Shown here: positions 38,701 to 50,700 of the stretch, piece by piece
How the letters are laid out: each line of letters starts with the position of its first letter
Position numbering within the stretch: the stretch's first letter is position 1
Assembly: GCA_002633005.1 (NCBI GenBank)
Contig: NMRA01000206.1
Coordinates: 393,250 to 457,249, forward strand
Direction of reading: 5' to 3'
DNA length: 64,000 nt
Source of the DNA: Phoronis australis
Lineage: Eukaryota; Animalia; Phoronida
Notes under the pieces: model-generated
What the model was told of the DNA's origin: nothing
Seen by the model: the letters and a program-made list of their open reading frames with translations, nothing else
The model's database searches: none
Program-made: the position numbers and the translations under genes

Positions 38701-41700
38701 AAGCTTGCATTTTGTAAACCAGTTTTTTCCACTGAATAACAACTAACAAGCATCAAACAGGTTCTCAAAGTGTGGGCACGTTATATCCCGACTGTTCCCA
38801 GCATTTTGAACGCAGCTGATGGTGGCAAACCTGGGATATCAATTATGGTAGGACAAGGACAGGGCTACTATTTCCCAGGTATAACAGTCTAGGACACATC
38901 ACAACTGGGACAGGGTAATTACTTGAGGATAAAGAGACTCTGCATTAATGAGGACGATTTGGAAATAAGGTAATTTCCCAGTGACAATTGACAGAGTTCA
39001 GTTGATCTGCCACTGGAAACTTGAGAAGGGGTGTGCGACAGAGAAAAGTGGGCCATTAGTCCTGAATGCAGTCGGAGGAGGAGACCAAATTTGGCATCAA
39101 ATCTCCTAAGATGTTGTAATGAGTCTAGACTAAAGCATTACAAGACCACAAACATGTTCAAGTCAAACAGTATGTGTACATAATTGTTCTTAACTGAACT
39201 AAAGATATATGAAGGCAGGTTTATTCTCTTGATATATAGTTGAATATTTCGCTGCAAGCATTTGAAACCATGTTTAGTTAATTACCGTTTTTAAAGGTGA
39301 ATATGTCCAAAATATAGCTTGGATGCGTTTGAAACCAGTTTTATCCCTTTAACATGGCTTTCAGTTGAGTAGAATTTTGGCTTGGATACATCTGAGATTG
39401 GTGGAGATCTAAAAAGTTATGGGTTGGTTTTCAATTCTTAATCTATTACAAACACTAGAACATAATCGGCAAAATATCACCGATATTATGCACATCGGCT
39501 AAACACAGCAATCACCATCTCATTCAGCCAAAAACCAGTTTGAATCAATGACCCGGCATTAAGTTCAGTTTTTAGGTATTTCACTATCACCCATCTCCAA
39601 TCTATGTAGTGTTAGCCCTTAGCAACAGGGACTGTCAGTGGTCTGCAACAGATAACGGAATTCTAAAACACACAAATTCATTCATATTTTATTGGTTATT
39701 TTTAAGGAGTTTATCCCTGTTTGCGCCACTACTCGACCTTTTTAAGAGACCTTTCTAAGAGACACTTGACAAGCAGATATTTGATGCCACTGTTATCAGT
39801 GGTGTTCTGAGACTGGGCAAATTTAATGTGCCAAAGATATCACAAGTGACTGTCCAAAATTAACCCATGGCCCTGGTGAACTTGTAAGCATGAGTGGTGA
39901 CTGAGATAATGCAGGAATGATTGGCTGTGTGGATAAAGTGAATTGTACTAATAACTGATGGTAAATAGCTGATGGTCATTCCAGTAAAGTGTAGTCCAGG
40001 GGCCCATTCCAAGAACAGACTTAGCTACAACAAATCTTAAATTTCAGTAACTTGCACGATAAAACTTAAATTTGTCTGAAGTGCGATCCAAGAAAGAGAT
40101 CTTACGTTTGACTTAAGTTTTTGACTAACTTACAGCATGTGGAAGTTTCAAAGTTTGGAACTTATTAGTAAAAAATGAACTTAAGTCAGTTTCTTGGAAG
40201 GGGTCCCACTGCTATTGTGCAATTGGATAGACCTCCCTCAAGCATATCATTGGACACAGTTTAGAACAGAATGGCTTTACATTTTTATAAACACACCATC
40301 TGTAACTTTCGGTTCAGTCCACTTCCAGTAAATAAAAGTGGTGTCAATATGTTCATTGCTCGCATTAAAAACGACGGTGGCGTAGCCTTACATTCTGTAG
40401 GTGGAAGCGAAAGATGCTTATTTGATCATGTGCTTCGCTAGTAATGCATGGCGACATCTTTTGGCAATTATATTTGCCCGACATTGGGGATTTTACATAA
40501 CCCAGGTTCCGAATAAATTAGTGGCCTAGATCCAACATCATTTTTTTTGATATGCGAGTTTCCAAGTTCCTTTGAGCAGCCACCATCATTGACTAGAACA
40601 CATACAAAAGCAATCAAGCTTGAAAATATACCAATATTTAATTGTTAAAAACTGTGAAATTGAAACAAAACCGTTAAAATCTTCCCTAGAATCAGAAAAC
40701 GCTTTCTCACAAAATCTATGCTTAACGTCCCAACAACTCAAAAAATACCCAAGGAGTGGTTATTAGATCACATTTTAATGTGATTATCATGAAATTAACA
40801 CCGCTGTCACATGACCCCGGAGTGTGGCAGCCTCGTGGCTAAATGGGAAGCAATCAGACATCCCATGTACAGGACATTCACTTGGTCATCGGAAATGCAC
40901 CGTTTCCTGAACTGAAACTTTTTGCAAATGGAAGTCTGTTTCAATTTTGGATAGGAGAACTTGTACAACGGTAAAATCTAACTAACTTCAGACAAAAAAA
41001 TTGTACATTTTCATTTTCAAAGGCTTCTGACATCATTGTGAATACCCACAATGCCCCCAGAATCGTTGCAGCTATGGCATAATGGAATTAATTTCGTGTA
41101 ATTGTTATTAATCTCTAAAAAAAATGAGCGTACAAAATTTCACTCGTCTGCTATACTGTGTCCTAAATTGGTGCAATTTGCCATAAAAGCAATACGGTAG
41201 CTTGTCTGGACTGCCAGCCAAAAGTTTCAGACAGACTAGAATTGAAGACGTGGATGATATAAAAAAATCCATAGAATTAACTAAGCTGTGAACAACTGCC
41301 TAAGAGCGGTACCAAATGTTCAAACCTATGTAATTTAAAAATGAGACTAAACACTCAGCCAATCCCATAATTAAGAAGAAGTATTTTCAAGCACCATTTT
41401 AGACATTATGAGAGATATAAGTTATAGAGACCATAATTGGTTCGATAAAAATGTGAAAATTGAGTGTAAGTAACATGCTTCGTACAGACGCTTGTAACAT
41501 TAAACTCAGGGCTGGTTTGGCATGTCAAAACAATTTTGTTTACCTACGTCATAGAACTTGAACAATCTATCAAGGGTCAAAGTCTTGGACATATGTTCAC
41601 AAGAAGAGTAGATTATGTCAAATCATAACCACACCAAATTTTCAACTGGACACAACCCCATAACACTATTAACCACAACTTCATAAGCCAAACATAAAGT

Positions 41701-44700
41701 CCTTGAGACAAAAGTCTATTTTTTCCATTAGAGAGCTGTCATCTACAATGAGCGTCAGGAAAATGACAGACACACGCCCAAAACCCAATTAATTAGAAAA
41801 CCGCTGTGTTTTAAACTGATTTAAATTCAATCATTTTCCACACCCAACATTTAGAACTGGTTATATTACAAAAGGCCAAACACCTAAAAAAGACATTAAA
41901 ATTTACAAAGGTAACACTTTTTGAACAGGGCAATGTCCAAGTTCACAAGAACTGATTTGATTTCGCTCACGAGACAAACATATGTTTTTGTTTGACTTAT
42001 TTCAAGCGCACCAAATTGTATTAGTCAACACAATAGAGAGGACTGGGTTCAAAATTATTCATAACCCTTCAATTTAACCTTGTTGAAATTTGACAAACAC
42101 TAAGTCTGTTAGGCACCAGAACCCAGGTGACAATGATTTCCAAGTAAATCCTACACAAAATCAGTTTGTGTAATAATTACTAAGCAGACCGCTGGGTTTT
42201 GTTTACACAGCTCAATCTCAAGAAGGGGGTACTGGCTCCGTGGGGGGCTACTGCCACACAGGGTGTACACAGCACGTCCGGCCTGCTCAGATGGGGAGAT
42301 TTACCACAACCAGATTCCCCCAAAACAGCACACGGAGGTCTCCCCTTCGTCACTTCGCTGAGCATTACGACCGACGGTGTTCAGTCATTCCCACCATTCT
42401 CAACCATTATCCTGCCGAGAACAGTGAAATCCCTGGGAAAAAGTTCCTTTTCCAATTTAAAACTTCATAGACGGAATCATGGGAGTTACAGAAACAAAAG
42501 GTTGGCAATGCATGAGCTACCTGGAGCTAAAGAACGGCTCTTTCAAGGAGACCCTTTGCAAAAAGACCCCTCTTGTCTATTCTCAAAAAGGGAGGGAATC
42601 TTAATTTTCCAGCATCAAAGAATAGCGGAGTACCCCCCCCCCAACCCGGGTATATCCAAATCCTCTGATAGAGACACCCCTTCAGTGAATTGGAGACAGT
42701 CAACAGACCACATAATCTTACCCAATACCATGATAATCCTAATAATAATATTTTGACAGCAATCAGTGAGGTAGACAGACAGCTATTAAATACTCCGTTA
42801 AAGGGGAAGGTCACCTCCTAAAGGTCATTTTTTCACCGCCAGATTGGTTTTCCCTTGTGACCGTGAATGAAAGGAAGTTAACAAGAAAGTTAGTAAGGTG
42901 GCTAACACATTCTATAATTATAACTTTGCGGCCATTATCGTTATTACCAGATATTTTTGCAGTTAACCGAGTTGCCCTCCTGACTGGGAAACGCTATTTT
43001 GTCTGATTACTTTTGCCTGGTAACCTCCAATATGTAACATTCCACTTTACTACTTCCTGGGGAAACCACAAGCTTAAATGAAAGGAAATCATACAAGACT
43101 TTTAATAAGTGAACAACTGGTCTAGCAAGTGCAACAAAGGACCAATCTCTTCAGTATGTCTTGTGATATCAATTGATAAATTCTTCACAAAAATATCCTG
43201 TTGATGGCATGTGATTCCTGAATAAAACTGGGTTCATTTGTAAGTCATGCAATGTTATCTTAGAACAAGGCACATTGTATTTAAGAATTTAAAACAAATA
43301 CATGAAAAAGTTTAATTAGGGCCATTTTACAAATTGCCACGAACAGCTTATCAAGAAAATATTTCTTGACAGCTTCTCGTTTGAAATGGTCTTAAACTGG
43401 ATAAAGATTGGAAGGCGGGCAACCATTTAACACGCAAAGTTGGGTCTAAATAAGCTAAATTATATTTCCAAGAACCACTACTAATGCTAATTCCGCCAGT
43501 GTGCAAACATATCAATGAATGATAAACATGGGTTGAACCATAACAGGCAAATTTGTTAGTTATGACACTAGTAAAAACAACAGTTAGTTCATATGATAAC
43601 AGGCTGGGATCATCCAGACAGGAACCACACTAATTAAGCTATCTTAGCAGCTCCAGTCAATGTCTTATTGTTTAGCTGGCAGACACCTCATTGCAAACAA
43701 AGAAACAGTGTTTAATGGCTTCACAGACTTTCACGCCATCAACTGAATAAGTATGTTAAATTTCACCAATTCAGGCCAGAATATGGCAAAAATTGAAATC
43801 TTTTTCTCATTTTTTTCTGTAAAAGCCGAGTAGGAACGACCAAGTGAATGCCTTTCTACCGTTATATTCAATTTCTACATCATAGGTACCACCAGGCAAC
43901 AGTTTAAAAAACTGTGGGCACTCCCAACAAAGTTAGAAGACCCTTTAAAATGAAAAAGGGCAATTTAGGCAATTATTTTTGGTCTGAAATTGGTGAGATC
44001 CCACCCTAATCCATATTTGTTTAAACAGAAGATCCAGTATACAGTGAAACCAGACCCCAATTTTCCACTCAGAGAATTTATAAAATCACTATTTTCAAAG
44101 CCTTACCACGTTGACTGGCAACCCTAAAAGCTTTACCAAATGCGATTTAATGGCATCTGAACTGCAGTCACACTGGCGACATTGTAAAACTTTCCTACTG
44201 GTTATTCTGGAGAGAAATTTGATAAAATAATAAACGACTATTTGGACACATTTGTCTTAAATTGAAAAAGCCTTAAAATAGTTCCGTATTTGCATATGGC
44301 ACTAATGCAAAAAGTCTGGACACCATAGCCAACATGATGTGAACTACCAACACATTTTTCTAATCAAAGCTTGAGTGAAAAGCAAATCAAAGTTTTACTG
44401 CCGGATACAAGGGATAGCCTCCTATTACCAAAGCACACTCTGGAACGTTAGCGCTGCTTCCAGTGACATTTGGCATCAAGTAAATGTAAACAACAGAAAA
44501 TGAAATAGACCTCAGGTGAAGCCTTCATAAATACGTAACACAAACAAAATGCAATCGAGTCTTCTAGAGCAGACTGTAAAATATAAGCACATGTACTTTT
44601 ATAAGGAATAGTATGTGATTATTGACATTTTCAAAAAACAAACAAAATGTACGCTTTGACAAACAATGGGTGCACGCTTTTAATGGTTTCAAAAAGATCC

Positions 44701-47700
44701 GCGTGTGCAGCAATAGTATTTACGCAACGTAGCAGATACAAGTGATCTCATTGTTTAGAAACTTTATTTGAAGATGTAGGCAAGACCAGCGACAAAATGC
44801 AGCACATTCCGTGTTTGTTCGGCAGGATAATTGTTTGGAGTGAAAAGTTCAGTAGTTTTACCCTGCAGCTATGTCCCTGAAGAAATAATGAAGACCTAAA
44901 GTCCTTGACGTTTTGCGTTATCACCTGGGGCAATGGTTGGCAGTGAAGAGTTAAGATATACTTCAAATTTACAATTGTACTAGGTGTCAAACGCAGTGCA
45001 ACTTCAGACTGTCTCTGGCAATAAAGGGACGACAATCTTGTCACAATGCAGTTGGCATCAGCATGACTTAACTTTAATAAAAAAGACAAAGATGTACTTT
45101 GTATTAACCGAATGCATTGGTATTTGATGAATTATTGACTTCTCCGTCATGACTTGGATATCGGACTTCTAAAATACAAATCTCAGGTCAAAAAGTTAAA
45201 AATGTTGTAACCCTGACAGTGACAAAAGAAATGCAAACAGATGGTATTTTGGTTATTTTAATTCATTATACCCAATTTTAAGTTGGAGATATTTCAAAGA
45301 TAAGTTATTGTGAATCCTTTTAGGCTGAGTAGACCAGAATGAATTTCTACCTGACAATCTCACAACACACAATGGCTGTGATGCAATGTTCAGGCCTTCT
45401 GGGACTATAAACCAGACTTTGGACTGCTACTATTATCACAGTTTAGAAAAAGAGTGCAAAAAACATTTCTACAGCTAACTCTTATCTCACTACCATCAGC
45501 TCACTGTGTACAGGCGTGAAATTGCATGTAATCCAGCCCGACAAAGGCTTGCTATTTTCTACAGAGTTTGGACCCCACCCCAGCAGGTGTGATATCCATA
45601 CACTTAAATGCTTTAAGTGGGTCCATATTTTCTATTTCCACATTAAATAGCAGCAAGTAAAGATCACGTTGCCCTGGCTAATTCATGTGCATGCAATTTA
45701 AAAAGACATGCGTCTAGACTAGTTAAAAGCCATCAGGCCCCAGCCAGTCAGGATAAGGCTGATAATCTGATTAATGTTAGGAATATCATGTGACTTCGTC
45801 TACTGATGTCCTCCATCAATTTAACCAATGAGACAACAGGACAGGACCCCTAGGTGCTGCCAAATACCCTGGATCACTAATGGGCGTCCAAGGGTCCTGA
45901 GAGCCAGGCACATAAACACAATGTAACCAATGAGAAGGCAAGTTGGCACCCCAGGCAGCCCTAAATTACTAATAGGTGTCTTGCAACCCTCCAGCTAGGC
46001 ACCTCAACACAGAGACAGAGTCACACTGCACACACATTAGTTGGGAGCTGAGGACAATGGATTTTTCTTTTCTTTCATTTTTAATTAAGCAGCGGTGCCA
46101 TACTTTTCAAAATATTGATGAAATTTGTGGACATCGTCTGTAATCTGGATGCCATGGCAGACGAAAGCTGCATCGTAAAAGGGAAATAAATTAGGTGAAA
46201 ATCAGAGTTACCTAAATTTGTTTAACTTTTTCACTGACAAATTCTTTACGATTGCAGAAAATGTATTTAATTTGAATACTAAAGATCTTCCTAAAATCCT
46301 TCCAAAAACCCGGTTCCCACCAACCCACGACTCATCAAAAAATTATTCCAGAACATAATCAACTAGATATGATGAACATCGTTGAATCATTGCTTCTCAA
46401 TATTACATCACACAGATCCACGAATTTAGCTAAATTGCGCAATAACCACAACTGATAAATCATAATGCCATTAATTTTTAACTTTCAGAAGTCTTTTAAG
46501 ATCACAACCAAATGTCAATTCACCGACAGGACTTCACTCCATAAACACTGGCTTTGGTGAACATGTAATTTTGGAAGTTTTTCTTTATAGTATAAATCCA
46601 AATCAAAACTTAATTCATCCGATGTCAATCGCAAGGAAAATATTTAGCCACCACTTTATTCTTCAAGGTTTTCGAGTCTTTTCAACGAGACAAACACCAC
46701 TCATAATCCGTTTATTTTTCAACCCCCTATTCAAGCCAAAGTTTGGACCCCTCCTTCATGCCCACGTCAATACCGCAGAGTTAGGTAAATGGAGGGACCT
46801 GAATACCAACGCTGCTTCAAAAAACAAACATTTATCCACAGGAGTCCCATGCAGAGAAAGGGTCTTGTGTTGACCTAGTGGATTTCTATGCAGTCCCCAA
46901 GTGAATGGCGTTACTGTGCTGCTCATAACAATATTTGGCATTTGAGACCGGACAGTCACACAGTTCCTGATTTCAGGCATAGCTGAGCAAAAAGCAAAAC
47001 ACTAAGTCCCCATACGACGGGTCTTTGTGCAGCAATATCAATTCTAGACGATGGTTTTGTTGACTACTGTCCTGCAAGAAAAATGTTTGCCAAATTTCCA
47101 AAGTCGATTTATTTCCAAAAACAGGAAACCGATGGAAATCAAAAGTTTATACCAACTTTCACAAGAACACACTGTCTTTCTGGAGACCTCAGGCACACCT
47201 GTGACAGATGAATAACAGGTAGTCTCTCTATTGTCAACAGATCCAAGGATGGCTATTGAAGGGGTCTTTTCACAGACCCCAGACTCTCTGATGAGAACAC
47301 TGATAATGTCGGATTATATCACCAGGTCACACCACTTGGAAGGCCAAGCAGAAACCATATATTGAAACTGGGCTCCCACTAGTCCACATCCAAGCCAAAT
47401 ATAGCCCACAGGTATTCAACATTGATTCTTTAACACCCATAGTCATATTTTCACATGCAACTTATGACAGAGATAGCCAGTTATAAACAGCTTCTTTTCA
47501 GTTACAGAGTTTTCAAACCAACAATTTAGGCAGGATTGCATTGTGCATAATTGCATGTAGACAGAAATGCACTTCAAACTAAACCAGATAGGCAAAATGG
47601 CAGTTGGTCACAAAATGAAAGGCCAAATTATGCAACCACATGCAGCAAGACAACTGCAGTTGATTGCATCATTAAATGTCTTGTACCACTGTGACCAGAA

Positions 47701-50700
47701 TGCCTTTTCACTTTCTGGCAGTGTTAAGAGTCCATAAAAGTGCCCAGACTGTTCTCCCAATGTCTCTTGCCTACCAAATAACAATACATGGGATGATTAG
47801 ACAACCTGTCAACATTGTAGTTGTGTTGGACAGCAAGGAGTCCAGAAGAGATCCAACAAGGTTCCATGAAGGATTCATTTCTTCTTAGCTGGAGCTACAC
47901 TTTTCAAGACCACGGTAAAAAATTCTCAATTTGGAACAAAAATAATTGTTAAAATTGCGGTATTTCTATTGCTCAGATGCTTACACATTCTATCAAATCC
48001 TCAAAATTTTATCAAATGCTGTTCAGTAACAGCTACGCCATTCAAACCACGCCAGAAGCAAAAAAGTACGTTTTCCCAAAAAAGTTACTTTGGTGTCTCA
48101 AACTAAAAAATTAACAGCTAGTAAAGACATAATATTCCATCAGAACTTGACCCAACCCTGACCAAAGCATGGGGCAGCCAGTGGGTGACAGTGATCTTGT
48201 AACAGTCTCAGCATTCAGCAGTTTAACACTTCATTAACACATGGCTGACCTGATCTCACAAACAGTGAGATTTAGAAAGTGAATGGAAAATATTTCCTTG
48301 TTAAAATGCAGGATTCCCATCAACCACACAGTAATGTCAATTCCTGCTTCCCAACACTCCTGTTTTGTGGAGGAAGAAAGGCAGCCGATTGAAAGGGAGG
48401 GAGGCTAACACACTTCAGAGCCGAGTCAGACAACTGAACAACGGTTTATCACGTTTTACTCAGTTTCTCAAGAAAATTAAGCCTGCATACCGTATAAACT
48501 CTCTCCGCAACAGTAAAACTTTATAGGTGTCTTGATTAGTATCAGAACGACGAACTATTAAATACTGTAAAAAAGTGATTTGTCCAGAAGTAGTGGGGAA
48601 TTGTGGGTCAAATGCCCTACAGACGCGAAGTAAATCAAGGAAAGTATCGCAAAAACAGAGTGGGGGCGCTGTTTTATTCTTGGAAGTGACTATTGTATAC
48701 TTAATGCCGAAATGCTTTGACATTTACTACAAGACGATATTCAGATTTTTTAAACTGAATAGCATAATGCAATTTTGGTTACAAACTTGTTTTCACCAGT
48801 CTTGAATAGAACGAGACATACGTGGTTTGTCAAAATCACTTAAGGGAAGGAAATATCGGAGGGAAGGAAAAACACCAACTGTTGATGAAGAAATGGAAAA
48901 GAAATCATGAGCACGCGTCTTCAGCGGTGACCTCGACGGTGCACAACCAGCTAGTAATTAAAACTGTTTGACAGGCACAACTGTGTAGGGTAGCCTGCCT
49001 AGCAATAGTACATTGGTTAGACAAAAAACCCTGGTGCTATTTAAAGCTGACAAATCACAGTAATTCTTTGCCTATTTAGCACACAATATAAGGCAGACTA
49101 GTGAAATTTTGTTTTTCAAATTAGTCAACAGAAATAAAGATTAAGAAAATTCTAGTTCATTTTTGCTAACTCTGTACTATGTACATGTAAGTCACCAAGC
49201 AACATTTGCTAAATTTTCATACAATTTGCAGTGAATTGGCCTTAGAAAATTGAAAATTTAGACAATTATTTTTGAGAGAAATAAGTGAATAACAGCCGTA
49301 GGTAGGACAAAAATGGGCAATGGTCAGATTAAACGTGCCCGAATTTTGAGAACCAGTTTTCTCCACATAGAAACGGGCATCAAACTGGTTCTCAAAATCT
49401 GGGCGCATCCTATTCTACTATTGCCTAGAAATGATCCCTGGTAAACAGGTTGCATGATACATCCACAAGATGGGAAGAGAGTCTGAAAGGGTGCAAATGT
49501 GTGGAGTGTTGAGATGGGAGACACTGGACACAGTAGACACCTGTTGATGAGTGGCACACTCACTCAAGGCAGGAATTTTCATCAAGTTAACAAAACCAAA
49601 CTCAAACTGACAACTCTCATTTAGCAGTGTCATTCAAGACATTCGAGGATACCAGCTGTTCCTAGAACAGAAAGCTTAAAGATCTCTTCTCACAGCATAG
49701 ACTAACAAAAATTATTTAAGGATCGTCTGGAGAATAGCTCACCAACTTCCAGCAAATTAACGCTAATTAGGTGTTTGAGTCATTTTTCAAAAGGTTTGTA
49801 AGACTGCTTAAGTTTGAAACTCTGCAATTTCTCAACAAAAACTTTCTGATGTTAGCTATAGATCATAATTTAAAAATGGTAAATTTAGTATCTTTTACGG
49901 AAAAATTGAAAAGCTAAAACGTCACTTCTCCAGTCAGACAGTGGCATGCATTGGTGGCCTTTTATCACACAGAAACATTTGAGCAGCGAGCATCGTTATA
50001 GCAATGTTACAGAGACCACGAACCAGTGAAAACTGCAGGTTCTGAAAACATTAGACAGGCCAAACTGATTTGATCGTACATTCACACTTCCCAAGATAGA
50101 AATTGGTTTAGGTTGAATTGATTCCAAACCACCTCCACGCCCCGGCTCATACTTCATCGGTGGGAACTAAACTGCTTTCGTTGAAAGCTCTTTACTAAAT
50201 CAGTTTGAACCCCAAACCGATTTCAAATCGAGTTTAAGTCCTCATTGAGAAAAATATGTTTCCCAATGGTGAGTGTTCACATATTGGGTTAAGTGACTTC
50301 ACACCTTTGTACTGGTGTTGACTGCTCCTTTATCCAGTCTACACAGGTGTAATAAACAAGACTACCTTGAGTGACTAGCAGCTATGATTGTACACTACGT
50401 TCGTTTGTCATGCGTGTACTCAACAACACCACTGAGAGTGCGGTATCCGTGCCAGTGAAGATTCAAAAGTCAGACATTTTCTGGGATGGCAAAAACACAG
50501 AGAGAGCCAAAAATGCCAGAAGTATTCACTTCTGTTCAATTCTTCTGTCTCGTAGATCTACAATTATTTTTTTGCACATTTCACACAAACATTATCTAAT
50601 TTAAGTAATATTAACTAACAAGCACAAACAAGTTTTATTACTAACAAAAAGGGCACTTGATAATGCTAATAAATGTTACCTTAGATATTATCGAAGACTG

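Noticed and set aside
42199-42756. 185-aa ORF on + strand
   Set aside because: Runs through a GC-richer non-autonomous repeat, has a non-ATG start and no recognisable motif
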